Source of the DNA: Eledone cirrhosa
Taxonomy: Eukaryota
Length of the DNA stretch: 64,000 nt
Direction of reading: 5' to 3'
Assembly (NCBI GenBank): GCA_964016885.1
Contig: OZ024756.1
Span: 22,506,001 to 22,570,000 of the forward strand
The stretch's first letter is position 1; every line of letters starts with the position of its first letter. The notes beneath the pieces are model-generated. The model searched no databases. It was not told the DNA's origin and worked only from the letters and a program-made list of their open reading frames with translations. This document shows positions 13,196 through 27,453 of this stretch, piece by piece. The translations under genes and the position numbers were made by a program.

Positions 13196-14396
13196 TCATA
13201 CATATATACTTAGATACATACATATATACACACATATATGAGAGTAGGAGAGAGAGTAGGAGAGAGAGAGTGAGTGATGCGTGCGTGTGCATATGTTTAT
13301 TTGTGTGTGTATGTTTTGCGCGCGTGTGCACGTGTCTGTATGTTAGTGTGTAAGCACGTATATGCATGTGGGTGTGTATTTGTATTTGTGTGTATGTGTG
13401 TGTGTGTGTCTCCGTATGCATGTGTCTCTATATGTGTGTGTGCACGTGTGTGCATGTATTTGTGTGTGTGTGTCTGCGTGTGTCTGTATATGTGTGTGTG
13501 CACGTATGTTCATGTATTTGTGCCTGTGTGTCTGCGTGTGTCTGTATATGTGTGTGCACGTGTCTGAATGTGTGTGTGTGTGTGTGTTTCTGTCTGTGTA
13601 TGCGTATGTGTGCGCATGTGTATGCGTGTACGTTCGTGTCTGAGTACACGCGCGTGCGTGTCTATGTGTGTGTGTTTGTGTCTCTGTATGCGTGTGTATG
13701 CACATATGTATGTATGTGTGTGTGCGTGTGCATGTATGTGTACGAGGATATGTTTGTGTCTGAGTACACACACCACGCGCATGTATATGTGTGTGAATAC
13801 ATTTGTATATAAATGTATGTGTGTGTGTGTGTGTGTTTGTGTGTTTGTGTGCATGTGTACGAGGATATGTTCCTACCTGAGTACACACACCACGCGCGTG
13901 TATATGTGTGTGAATACATTTGTATATAAATGTATGTGTGTTTGTGTGTGTGTTTGTGTGCACGTGTACGAGGATATGTTTGTGTCTATGTGTATAAATA
14001 CGTGCGTATAACAATGTATGTGTGTGCTGTGGTTATCTTTGTATGTGTAGGTACGCCACTATTCCTATGTCCATATATGTATTATGTGATTAAGCGATGA
14101 GTATTTGCTTAACCAAATGAAGTAAACAGAGAATTCTCCTTGGGAATTCTTTCAAATGTAACAATTACGAATGAATACACATGATTTGCAAATATCTCCA
14201 CACGCGTATCGTATGGCCATACATTCTCTCTATATACCTATGTGTGTGGTGTATACATTTATATATGTGTATGTATATGTATGTATATGTGTGTGTGTAT
14301 ATATATATTTATATTTATATATATATATATTTACATGGTCTCTCTCTGCTCTGTGGGAATGCTGAAAGAAAACAAATATATACCAATATATACACA

Positions 14397-14432
<36 letters not shown>

Positions 14433-14646
14433 AATATAGATATCTATGGATGTGTATGTATATATATATATACATACACATGTATAAACACACATATATG
14501 CATATATATTTGTGTATTATTCATAAACAACACAGTCAATATCGTTATGTATATTTAGACAGTTAATGTTATATTCAAATTGTTTAACTGTTTAATTATA
14601 AATACAAACTACAGAATCTATTGACTTTCTGGTCTATACTTTGTAC

Positions 14647-14723
<77 letters not shown>

Positions 14724-14818
14724 TACATGTGCCTCTGTATATACATATATATATATTGACACATGTACCTATCTATATACCCATACATATATTCAGATAC
14801 GAATGTATATATATATAT

Positions 14819-14861
<43 letters not shown>

Positions 14862-14872
14862 TATATACATAT

Positions 14873-14971
<99 letters not shown>

Positions 14972-15250
14972 ATTAGAAAGTGAACAACTCAAATATAACC
15001 AAAGGTAATATATTTACATATATATACACATATTTACATATATATATATACATACATACATACATACATATATTTACATATATACATACATCATACATCC
15101 ATATATACAACTCTATAAATATTTCAATGCGTCTATTCCAAGGAGACCATATGTCTGTACACTTGTCTATTTTGGCACAAAATCCAATGTCATTTTAAAC
15201 CAATGATTTCTTTGTAGATGATCTAAAGTTATCTATATCTATCAATTCAT

Positions 15251-15281
<31 letters not shown>

Positions 15282-15283
<2 letters not shown>

Positions 15284-15641
15284 AATGGAAACTATATTTA
15301 TAAAACCATATTTATTTCATTATACATATTTCAAGAGCCACCAAAGGAAACTATGGTGCGCTTTCGTCAGATAAAATATAAATAAATATTGACATACCCA
15401 TAAGAAAAATGCAACCATTCTGGTTGGAATCTCCTGGATATTTTATATTTTATCTGACGAAAGCGCACCATAGTTTGCTTTGGTGGCCCTTGAAATATGT
15501 ATAATGAAATAAATATGGTTTTATAAATATAGTTCCCATTTGTTAATATATTGTATATTTACTCCAATAATTTGTTGAGTGCTTTATATCAGTTATAAAA
15601 ATATTTTGCTTGTTGTATCCCAACAAATTAAATATAACCTC

Positions 15642-15644
<3 letters not shown>
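15282..15644. mobile_element. Penelope-like fold-back element P3 with two hammerheads (15313-15378 minus, 15446-15511 plus)
   Basis: tattttat-CTGACGA-aagcgcacca...tggtggccctt-GAAA-tatgta-TA-atgaaata. Inverted arms, tail on the right side only, TA-flanked. Confidence 0.75.
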
Positions 15645-15987
<343 letters not shown>

Positions 15988-16289
15988 AGAAAGAGAGAGA
16001 GACATGTTTCCAATGCTGGCTGTTAATAACAATATTTGCAATTGAAAATGGGATCAGATAGAATCAAATTAAATTTTCGTATTTGCTAATTGAACGGGGA
16101 TGCACTGTTTCATTCCACATCATTCCGCATCATTGATTGCACAGATTGTCTCTTCTCTACCACCTAGTTTCACATATCATGACTGGATACTGAGGAAAGT
16201 GCATCATATAAATTTACTATGAACAATATTGAGTAATCGAAAATTTCCTTTTCAATCAAGTAGTCACACTGCTTGCACGGATACCCTTG

Positions 16290-16743
16290 CCTCTCTGTCG
16301 CCATCCAATGCTATTGTTAATCATACTCGACAGGTCAGTGGGTTCACAGCTTATGTCGTCACACATCTGCTTGATATAGGGCTTGGTTTGTCGTCCTCTG
16401 TTAGCTCTTCCTTGTGTAAGCTACCACCAACGAACTTCATTATCAATTTCGTATTTACCTCTCCAGCAATTCCCTGTCAATCTGATTTTACGATTTTTTA
16501 TGATTTCTAATACTAGACGTAGGTCCACATACCGTCGCTCATTGGTCAGACGATCTCTTCAAATGCCATTCAAAGTCTTAACATGGGATTGTAAGCTCCA
16601 ACTAATCTTTTATCCAGTTTTGAGGTAAGGGTCCAAGCTGAGCAGCCATGCAGTAGAACACAAGTAACATTTGCTTGAAAGAGATTCCTTTTCTCGTTGT
16701 CAGGAAGTCTAGATTTCCAATCAAGAGATAACATGTCAAAGGC
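16290..16743 (-). pseudogene. RTE-clade LINE fragment (region C-terminal to the RT core)
   Basis: Minus-strand translation FDMLSLDWKSRLPDNEKRNLFQANVTCVLLHGCSAWTLTSKLDKRLVGAYNPMLR. Confidence 0.75.
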
Positions 16744-17015
16744 ACAGACATTACAGATACATATTCCGCTGATGATTTAGCAGTACTCTCCGATCTAATG
16801 AGTCAAGCAGAAACCCTTCTCCATAAACTTGAACATTCAAAGAAATGCATGGGTCTCCATGTTGACTCAGATAAAACCGAATACACCAGCTTAAATCAAA
16901 ATGAAACAATGAAAGCTGTGTCCTGCACACTACTTAACTATGTAGAAGAATTTACTTATCTGGGGAATAAAGTCTTTAGCTGTGAAAATAATGTAAACTC
17001 GTGCATTGGTAAGCT
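16744..17015 (+). pseudogene. RTE-clade reverse transcriptase fragment
   Basis: ITDTYSADDLAVLSD...GLHVDSDKTEY...VEEFTYLG, covering the YADD-like motif and RT domains 5-7. Confidence 0.8.
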
Positions 17016-17748
17016 TTCCTCTTACAAGGTAATAAATATGAAGCGATCTATTTGTCATATCTGTACTGATAGCAAGATTTGGAATACCTGACAGGTCTAT
17101 AGAAGGAAAACACATCATATAGATGTTTAGATCGATTTATCAATACCACCAAAAGAAAAATACATTAATTTCGACAGGCTCTGACAAAATCAAACAAGGA
17201 ATAGGCTTAAGATTAGTCCAGAGAGTATTTTAATGTGACATGGCACAAGGTAGGCATTAGCTGTCAAAATACTATCGCAAAAATATATACATCCACTAAG
17301 TAGACTTAGAGAACCCCTCTGCTGTACAAATTCTGGGCAAGAAGGTTGTTTAAGAATGACCAGCAGTCACCCATGCATACTAGTCAACCCTCGCCTCGCC
17401 GCCGATATTGTTCAAGGGAACGTCAATGGCCGATACTAGTGGCACCAGTGACGTCGCAACATATTTTTACAGCTCTGTAAACTGGAGTAACGTGAAATAC
17501 TGTGTCTTACTCAAGAAAACAACATACCGCTCGGTCCAGGATTCAAACACACAACCTGACGATTGCAAGTCCAACTTTCTAACCACTAAGCCATCTACTA
17601 AGTACTCAATAGTAAAGAGAAGAACATCCCGCGAGTCATTATCGAACAACTCAACATATATTAACTTCCCGTCGAACTGGCATGCAACCCCCCTCCAGTT
17701 CTGTTGGACAAACTTTCCAATAGAAACACTGTTAGAGAAACACGCTGT

Positions 17749-17840
<92 letters not shown>

Positions 17841-18109
17841 ACACACACATCTATAGATATGCATATACGTGATAAATATGCATACGTAAGTAAATGCGTG
17901 CAAACATATATATATGAATACATCCATATATATACGTATGCATACATAGATACATACATGTGAATATATCTTCTAATTTCTCCTAAGCGTTATAATAAAA
18001 GACTTTGTGTTTTTGCATTTTGTGTTTGTTTTGTCATTTCTATATGTCTCTCCACCACTCCCCTACACACTCGCCTACACTCTTGGAACTCTCTTCCCAC
18101 ACACTTTTC

Positions 18110-18141
18110 ACCTGAAGAAGGGCTTCTGCCCGAAACGTCGT
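18110..18141 (+). ncRNA. Minimal hammerhead-like motif (family P11)
   Basis: CTGAAGA-a-gggc(ttct)gccc-GAAA-cg-TC. Stem I is weak (2 bp). Lies in an element ending at (TA)n near 18230. Confidence 0.5.
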
Positions 18142-18227
18142 TCCCCACCACCACCCCACTCTCAAGAGCGTGAAACTAATAAACCTTTGTTCGTACTGCC
18201 TCTCTGTTTTGTTCCCGTTCAATTTTT

Positions 18228-18297
<70 letters not shown>

Positions 18298-18672
18298 ATA
18301 TAAAATCAAAAGATGGTTAAAAGAATTACATGTATTTTATTATGCGCATTTCAAAATCAAATATCATCATGGGATGATATTTGCGTTCTCATCAGATAAA
18401 ATAGGGAGACATGATATGAAGCTTAAAAAACACTTGCGAGCAGTGAAGTGTTAAATCAACATATGAAAAATAAAATAAGATGGATATATGAAATTGGAAA
18501 AAAGGAAAGGAAGGGGGAAGGAAAAGGTAAGGAAGAGGAAGAAAGAATATAGATAGAAGAAAAAAATATAAGAATAAGGAAAGGATGATGGAGGAGGAGT
18601 ATAAGAAGGAAGGATGAGAGAGGAGAAAATGTGCATTGCTTTATTGTGCTACAATAAAACTCACCTCCTACA
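18298..18672. mobile_element. Family P6 element with hammerhead on minus strand 18333-18403
   Basis: Minus strand tattttat-CTGATGA-...-GAAA-t(gcgc)a-TA-ataaaata. Homologous to the 26229 and 54238 copies. Confidence 0.7.
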
Positions 18673-18862
18673 TATATATATATATTTTTTTTTTTTTTCT
18701 TCAATGTGGTATACTCTGTTTATATACTACCAATAAAGATTCTAATTTTCTAATTTTCAATGTTTGCTGCACCGGCAACCGCTCTATATAATCAGTTCCT
18801 GATTATTACTGGAATTTTATAAGAATCCAACAATTAAATTTTCAACAGACAAAGGCGAGTGC

Positions 18863-18910
18863 TAAGCTCTGATGATTACCAACAGTATGAAACAGAGATC
18901 TGTCAGCTTA
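18863..18910 (+). ncRNA. Type I hammerhead ribozyme with extended stem I (family P8)
   Basis: taagct-CTGATGA-ttac(caaca)gtat-GAAA-cag(agat)ctg-TC-agctta. Canonical GUC site. Stem I extends through ttttcaacagacaaagg/cctttgtttgttgaaaa (18839-18931). Confidence 0.88.
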
Positions 18911-19020
18911 TCTCCCTTTGTTTGTTGAAAAAAGAAGTAAGTGACATAGTCACTACTTTAAAATAATAGCGTAAGATTTTCAAAATGTTTTTAATTAAGC
19001 ATACAGTATATTGCCAAATA

Positions 19021-19080
<60 letters not shown>

Positions 19081-19141
19081 ATATATATATCGCCAGTTCA
19101 TGATTTGAACTCGGGAATTTAATATTCTCCGAGTTAGAAGA

Positions 19142-19225
19142 ACTCTCTGACGTAATTCTCCTTTTCAATGGTGTTCCGCATGGATTATCCATTTATTTTG
19201 AGACTTGAAACCGCGCGGTAAGGGT
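19142..19225 (+). ncRNA. Hammerhead with one core deviation (family P9)
   Basis: actct-CTGACGT-...-GAAA-cc(gcgc)gg-TA-agggt. A9 position reads T. Lies in TA-flanked element about 19091-19297. Confidence 0.6.
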
Positions 19226-19293
19226 AAATATAGTAAGTACAGTAAACTTTTAAATATTTATTTTAAAACTTCTTCTCTATTTGCTAAACCTTG

Positions 19294-19360
<67 letters not shown>

Positions 19361-19486
19361 ATAACAGATTAAAGTTTAATAAATATTTAATAATTATAAA
19401 CATTTGCTCTACGGTTTTATATATTTTATATATATATTATCCTTATCGAGCCCTCTTCAGATTTTAGTCGTCACATTTATTATTAT

Positions 19487-19525
<39 letters not shown>

Positions 19526-20319
19526 GTGTCCCCTAAAACTGTATACACACTTTGATTACCTGTACAGACAATATTTATTGGAATGCTATTGAAGATTGTA
19601 TACATTTTTTTAGGTCACCCAGCATATACTAACTTTGTTCGTAGCAACAATCATTGGGTTTATTTGAATAGAAACACATCTTCATTTGTTTGATTTGCAA
19701 TTATCTTTTGTATGTTTATACGAGAGGAAAAATCTACGCCTTGCAATTCTACACTCTTCTCTTTTTCATATGTTCTGCCCGGCATTCCTTTGTCCTACCA
19801 ATATCCGCCTAGTATTTTTATATATTGGCACTTTCGAATTAGGACCCGTCAAATATAGACATGACAATTTTCCAATCGATTTAAATTATCTTTCACATTA
19901 CGAAAGAAAGTATTCCCTATCTATAATAAGGGTAACAATAGGTTATAAGTGAAGCTACTAGGACCAAGATCCAAATTGCAATAAGTCGATTCAATGAAAC
20001 ATTGATAAATTTTTAATACTAAGTCAGAGATTCTCTTATTGATACGAATGTTTTAGTGCGCGAGTCACAACAAATGAAAACCAACAATGGAGAAATAAAA
20101 ATAAAAGAGAAATGGCTTTGGTTTATATAAAGGTAAATATAAATAAGAGTTTAGCTGATGGAAGAAATAAGAGTAATGATGTAAGAGAAAGGGAGAGAGC
20201 AGGGTGAGGAGAGGGGGCAGTGGAGGAGGGGAGAGAGGGAGAGAGTGGGAGACAGTGAGGGTGAGAGTGAGGGAGAAAAAGAGTTCGTAGAACATAGCTG
20301 TGATTATTTGGATTTGTAA

Positions 20320-20541
20320 GGGCGGTGGATTGGCTGTATCGGTGGAGGGTCGGACACCATGCTTTGCAGCATAGAGTCACGACCCTTTATGATCTGAGTT
20401 CAAATCCCACCGAGGTTAGCTTTGCCTTTCATCCTTAGGGGGTCGATAAAATAAAGTACCAGTAACGTACTGGGGTCGATTTAATCGACTTTCCCCTTCC
20501 CCAAAATCACTGACCTTGTGCCTATAGTAGAAATCATTATT
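20320..20541 (+). mobile_element. SINE A long variant (degenerate copy at about 20683-20815)
   Basis: ggcggtggattggc...gagttcaaatccc...agaaatcattatt. Confidence 0.85.
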
Positions 20542-21037
20542 TGGCTTTGTTATTAAAAAGTTATTAAAAAGTTATTAAAATTTCTCTCTCTCTCCTCTAC
20601 CCCCTCTCTCTCTCATTCAACAAAGATTTCTCAGACTAAATCGATGATTTACTGATTTATTGATTTACTTCTTTATTACTTCTGAATTCAAATTCCGCCA
20701 CGAATAGTTTTGCCTTTCATCCTCACGGAGTTAATAAACTAAAATACCAGTAACGCAATGGGTTTCATCTAATCGACTTTCCTCTACCCACAAATTGCTT
20801 GCATTGTGCCTAAATTATGATCGTAAGTCCAACACACTTACCACTAGGCCACGTGCCTCCACGAGGCAAACACTAAACAGGATTAAATATAACAACAAAC
20901 GTACCCAATAATGTCGGCCTTTATTTCAATTCTATTACATTGTGATGTGCTGATATGTGTGTATGTGAGACCCCGCATTCGTTGTTCTTGTAAATAAGTC
21001 CCAGGAAGGACTTGATTCAGAGCCCTAACATATTTAA

Positions 21038-21257
21038 CCCTTTAGCATTTATATTACTCTATATTTACTATTATATTTTTGTGGCAAAGGCTTTATCTGA
21101 CATAATTATCTTACATGATATTGAATATATGAGATTTTGATGTTATTTATTTTGAGAACAATACCTTAATGTCAGTATGAGCAGCCAGTTACAGCCAGTT
21201 TGAACGAAAGAGGTGAGAGAATTCTGGTCGGATATGGCCGGTTTAAATTTTAAAGGG
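21038..21257. mobile_element. piggyBac-like MITE
   Basis: TTAA-cccttta...taaaggg-TTAA. Confidence 0.7.
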
Positions 21258-21562
21258 TTAAGTTTTTCCATTCGTGTCCAGCTCTTATATAATTGTATTT
21301 TTAAGATATCAGTATACAATTTGTCGTTTATTTATCAAGATAGTTAAATCAGATTTCAGGGAAATTGGTTGCTCCTCCTAGTAAATCGATTAACCCCATT
21401 GAGATCCAATTTGGTTCGCTAATTTTCAGAAAAAAAAATATTTTATGCATAGACACACACATACACACACACACGCACACACACAGACACAAACACACAC
21501 GTACACACACACAAACATATATGATTTCATATGAATGAAACAATTCTAGTCATATAGAAGTC

Positions 21563-21629
<67 letters not shown>

Positions 21630-21641
21630 TCTCTCTCTCTG

Positions 21642-21686
<45 letters not shown>

Positions 21687-22049
21687 ATGTGTGTGCGTGC
21701 GTGTGTGTATGTATTATGTATATATATATATATAAAGCAATTTTGTAAATACTATTGTGTTTATATACACACATAAATACATAAATACATATGCATTCAT
21801 ACAAATGCATACATTCACATATACAAACATACGTACACACATTCACACATACAAACACACACCCAAACGCACGCACGCATACGCACACATACATACATAC
21901 ATACATACATACATACATACATACATACATACATACATACATACATACATACATACATACATACATACATACATACATTCATACATACATACATACATAC
22001 ATACATACCTACCTACCTACCTACCTATTCTATCTGAACGTCTGCCAAA

Positions 22050-22345
22050 TACAAACATAGCAAGTCTGATAGAATGAGTTACAACTCCGCAGCAAAAACC
22101 TGTACTGTTTCAGCAGTTAGCTGCCCTCCTACTGTGAACATCGCTATCGGAATAGTCGACAAAGAAATTGAATATGAACGAATGAACGAGAACTTGTAGC
22201 TTTTCAAACCGTATCTTAAATTTCTACCTATAATTATTGCTGTCCATGTTAAAAACATCTGGTGTTTGCAGCCCAAACAATGTCCAGCTAAAAGAAAATT
22301 TGTCAATACTGTTTTTGATAGCGGAACAGTGAAAATATGAAAGCG
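22050..22345 (+). pseudogene. Highly decayed R4-like RLE fragment
   Basis: AKTCTVSAVSCPPTVNIAIGIVDKEIEYERMNENL*LFKPYLKFLPIII aligns by eye to the 24550 ORF. Follows (CATA)n. Confidence 0.55.
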
Positions 22346-22660
22346 TTTCCTAGAATTCGACATATATGTTTTCATCGTTATTGCTTTGTAAATTCAAATG
22401 GATCGGAAGGGGAGCTTTCTTTTTTGTTTTTGTGAGAAACAAGCCTTTTATTCTTCAGGAATATTGAAAATAGAAAATACATACATACATAGACACACAC
22501 GTTCACATACATAGACAAATACGTAACACCATATATACATTATATACATATATACAAGCAAATATTCATATATATAAATATGCGTGTGTGTGTGTGTATA
22601 TATATATATATATGTGTGCGTGTGTGTGTGTATATATATATTTATATATACACATATATA

Positions 22661-23383
22661 TCATAACTATAATAAAGGGAGGCGTGCGGGACAGCGTCCC
22701 GAATATATATTTTTTATCCCGTCAGTAAAATAAGTTAGATTACTTTGAATGAATAATGAATGAATATTACATAATTTATCTACTAAATTTCGTAGCTGTT
22801 GATTAAACATAAACATTCTAATATATAATGATTGCTTATTTTAAGATTCACTTCTTTTAAAATTTTCAAATGCCTATACTTCGGGTTAGCGGCCGTTATA
22901 TCATAACACATATTACATCGCTTATATAAACATCCATATATTTACATCGTTATATAAGGTTTCATTATCATAATTTCACCGTAATGCAGTCTATATATAA
23001 TATCGTCTTTTATAAATGTATCATGGATTACTTTACTGATTACATAAGTCTCTCTTCAATTTCTGTGTATATTGTCAATTACGATTTTATTTGACATATA
23101 TCTACACGCATATATATTTGCATATAATATAAATATGCACACAAAATTACGATTTTATTTGACATATATCTACACGCATATATATTTGCATATAATATAA
23201 ATATGCACACAAAATTACGATTTTATTTGACATATATCTACACGCATATATATTTGCATATAATATAAATATGCACACAAAATTACGATTTTATTTGACA
23301 TATATCTACACGCATATATATTTGCTTATAATATAAATATGCACACTAGCAGAAAACCACCTGAAGGGTGGTTTTTCTGCTAG
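22661..23383 (+). mobile_element. Non-autonomous Helitron with internal tandem repeat
   Basis: A|TCataactataataaag start, accacc/ggtggt hairpin and CTAG|T end. Confidence 0.6.
23077..23346. repeat. Tandem repeat, 4 x 68 bp
   Basis: aattacgattttatttgacatatatctacacgc... at 23077, 23145, 23213 and 23281. Confidence 0.95.
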
Positions 23384-23907
23384 TATTAAATAATGAAGGG
23401 AAGCAAAGAAAATATCAGTGATACAAAAAGATTTCCTGGTGGACGTTCAGGTAAACTCCGGGTGTATATCCAGTTTCAGAGTGAAAATCCAATTTGAAAA
23501 ATACAACGAATTTGAGAGATATTACATATATTTAAAGACATACATACAACCATGTTTGGAGAGATAAATGCATGCATATATTAATACTTTTACACATGAA
23601 TGTATACAAACATGTATACAATTAATTTGGATATACATACATACGTACATACATCCATCCATACATACATATACATAAATATATTCATAGATTCGTTCAT
23701 ACATATACATGCATTCATACATACACACAGACATACAGACAAACATGCATACACATACATTAATTTATACATACATACATACATACATACATACATACAT
23801 ACATACATACATACATACATACATACATACATACATACGGACCATTTTTGATAAGGAGTTTAGAGATCCAGTATACAAGATAGACCTTCAGCTTCATACC
23901 CATCATT

Positions 23908-24091
23908 TGAATTGGCAGTATCAGTAGAGGGTTGGACGCCATGCTTTCTAGCATAGTTACGTCCCTTTACAGTCTGAGTTCAAATCCCGCCGTGGTTAAC
24001 TTTGCCTTTCATCCTTACGTGGTCGATAAAATAAAGTACCAGTAATGTATTAGGTAATTGCTGGCCTTGTGCCTAAAGTAGAAACAATTAT
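23908..24091 (+). mobile_element. SINE A
   Basis: Homology to the family A consensus. Confidence 0.85.
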
Positions 24092-24245
24092 TGGAGCTAC
24101 AGGTTATATACCAACCCACCTAGAACAAAATGTAACTGAACTTGGATTTGTGGACATAGAGCGCAGTTCCCTAATTCATAGTCTACAAATGGCTGCGATA
24201 GCTGGCACCTTCAAGATTTGCAAAATATTCTTGCGATTCAAGGGA
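24088..24245 (+). pseudogene. R4-like RLE C-terminal fragment (different subfamily)
   Basis: IIGATGYIPTHLEQNVTELGF...LQMAAIAGTFKICKIFL, followed by a UTR and (CATA)n. Confidence 0.65.
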
Positions 24246-24397
24246 TGTAATTTCTTTTCTTTTACAACCTTGCCACCAGGAAGGTGGCCGGTCAAAAATA
24301 TACTCGAAATTAAGAGAAAGAGATAACATACATACATACATACATACATACATACATACATACATACATACATACATACATACATACATACATACAT

Positions 24398-24900
24398 GCA
24401 ATGCCATCCGTAGAAAGGATAGCCCCGGTAATAAACACATTAAAAGCTACAGCAATGTGGAAGACATACATAAACATAATATGAAATAGTACTGGTGGAA
24501 TGTTCCAGTAAAAACCCCAATAAAATGCAGGCATAACAGACCAGATATAATGATATGGGACAGGGAAAAGAAGGCATGCACAGTAGTGGAAGTTAGCTGC
24601 TCAGCAGATGCCAATATAATATCAAAGATTGACGAAAAAGAGAATATCTATGCAGAACTGAAAAGAAATCTGCAGATACTCCACCCTGACTATACCTTCA
24701 GATTTATGCCTGTGATTATTGGGTCACTGGGATATGTTAGTAACCGCGTCAATACAAATCTTGAGAAGCTGGGCTTCACAGGAACAGAAAGAACACAACT
24801 AGTTAGAAAATTACAAGTATAATCCATTAATGGAACAGTAAAAATATGTAAAAATGCCAAAGAATTCTGCATCTACTAACTGCATATACACATGTACAGA
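24398..24900 (+). pseudogene. R4/Dong-like LINE 3' end, restriction-like endonuclease domain
   Basis: YWWNVPVKTPIKCRHNRPDIMIWDREKKACTVVEVSC...KENIYAEL...PVIIGSLGYV, a PD..E RLE motif. Flanked by (CATA)n. Confidence 0.8.
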
Positions 24901-25057
24901 TACTAAGCATATACACATGCACACATACAACACAAAACATCCACATCCACACATACAATAACATCCGTACCTGCACACACATGCATGTAGACATACATAC
25001 ATACATATAGACAGACATACATACATACATACATACATACATACATACATACATACA

Positions 25058-25088
<31 letters not shown>

Positions 25089-25241
25089 CTAGCTAGTTGA
25101 TGTTGTGTAAATTCCAATGAGAGAGTGTTGTATCTATGTTAGAAACCGACTCTCTCTCTCACTATTGGTAAACATTTATAAAATTATAAAACCAGAAGAA
25201 CATACATACACATTCAGTCATACATACATACATGCATTCTT

Positions 25242-25297
<56 letters not shown>

Positions 25298-25333
25298 TCA
25301 AACACAGAAGGATTCATATATATAAATATATAA

Positions 25334-25449
<116 letters not shown>

Positions 25450-25619
25450 GATTATTTCGCTGTCAGCAACGAGAACGATCATATAACACAGTCTTCGAAA
25501 CCGATCAAGTGAAGTAATCCTAACATTCCCATTCTAACGAGATAAAGTATTTGTTATCTCTCTTCTTCTTGTGTTCTTTAAAGACACGTTGAATAGAACG
25601 TATATATGTATATATATAT

Positions 25620-25740
<121 letters not shown>

Positions 25741-25945
25741 TATATTTACTTACATACATACATGAATACATATATAAATAAATAGATATATGCATACATA
25801 CACACATATACATATATACACCTATATACATATATACATTTATACAAACAAGTATATATAGCTCTCTCTCTCTCTCTCTCTCTCTCCACACACACACATA
25901 TATATATATACATACATATATATAAATATATTTATATATATATAG

Positions 25946-26022
<77 letters not shown>

Positions 26023-26025
<3 letters not shown>

Positions 26026-26186
26026 CGTTTCTGAATTTGTTTAGCAAGATTCTTTATCTGAAATCGTGTGTTGAAACCGATATTGTTATACTTTGGGAGG
26101 GTCATGTTGCCAATAAGAAACACACGTACCAGTTGGTGCATTTGTTTCTTATTGGCAACATGACCCTCCCAAAGTATAACAATATA
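26023..26186. mobile_element. TA-flanked fold-back element related to the 33040-33390 tail
   Basis: Inverted repeat of about 44 bp at 26078-26122 and 26143-26186 (atattgttatactttgggagggtcatgttgccaataagaaaca). Confidence 0.6.
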
Positions 26187-26195
26187 TATATATAG

Positions 26196-26228
<33 letters not shown>

Positions 26229-26233
<5 letters not shown>

Positions 26234-26499
26234 AGATCAAAAGATGGTTAAAGGAGTTCCATGTATTTTATTATGCGCATTTCAAAAACAAACATCATCA
26301 TGCAATAATATTTGTGTTTTCATCAGATAAAACAGGAGAACATGATATGAAGGCTAAAATACACTTGTGGATAGTGCAGTTTTAAATCAACATATCTTTT
26401 GATCTTATATTATGTATACTCCAGTCCTACAAACTGTAGAGTGCTTCTTATCCGATATCTGCATTGCTTTATTGTACTACAATAAAACTCACCTCCTAC

Positions 26500-26503
<4 letters not shown>
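26229..26503. mobile_element. Family P6 fold-back element with hammerhead on minus strand 26264-26334
   Basis: Same motif as above. A short inverted repeat (atcttttgatcttatattat) precedes the tail. TA-flanked. Confidence 0.75.
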
Positions 26504-26544
<41 letters not shown>

Positions 26545-26545
26545 C

Positions 26546-26578
<33 letters not shown>

Positions 26579-26724
26579 ATATACCTTACCAGTGTGTATA
26601 TGTATGTGTATATTTGTATCGTGACAACTAAATTACTGTTAGTTTGTAATTTAATAGAAATTGTGTTGTAAGCCTAACAAAGCAAATAAATTATCTCTTC
26701 TATAATTTTCATCTCTACCACATC

Positions 26725-26917
26725 TAGTACTACTACTACTACTACTACTACAACTACTACTACAACTACTACTACTACTACTACTACAACTACTACTACT
26801 ACTACTACTGCTACTACTACTACTACCACTACTATTACTACTACTACTATTACTACTACTACTACTACTACTACCAATACTACCACCACCACCACCACTA
26901 CCACCACTACCACCACT

Positions 26918-26960
<43 letters not shown>

Positions 26961-27020
26961 TCAACACCACCAATACCACTACCACCACTACAACCACTAC
27001 CACTACCACCACCACTACCA

Positions 27021-27079
<59 letters not shown>

Positions 27080-27172
27080 TCAACACCACCAATACCACTA
27101 CCACCACTACCATCACTACTACTATCATTACTACTACTGCTGTTGTTACTACTACTGCTGCTGCTACTACTA
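26725..27172. repeat. (TAC/CAC)n microsatellite
   Basis: Direct inspection. Confidence 0.95.
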
Positions 27173-27269
27173 ATAAATATAACAATACTAGACTATTAAA
27201 TGTATTATAACAACAGTTTTTGATATAACATAAACACGCGACAGCTACAATGTTTTAATAGTTGTTTAA

Positions 27270-27453
27270 ATAATTGTTTCTACTATTGACACAAGGCCAG
27301 CAATTACTCAGTACATTACTGGTACTTTATTTTATCGACCCCGTAAGGATGAAAGGCAAAGTTAACCTCGGCGTGATTTGAACTCAGAATGACAAGGGCC
27401 GTAACTCTATGCGTCAAAGCATAGCGTCCGACCCTCTACCGATACAGCCAACC
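27270..27453 (-). mobile_element. SINE A
   Basis: Homology to the family A consensus. Confidence 0.85.

Noticed and set aside
19521-19560. Tc1-like terminal repeat (ta-cagagtgtcccc)
   Set aside because: No matching opposite terminus or transposase could be found.
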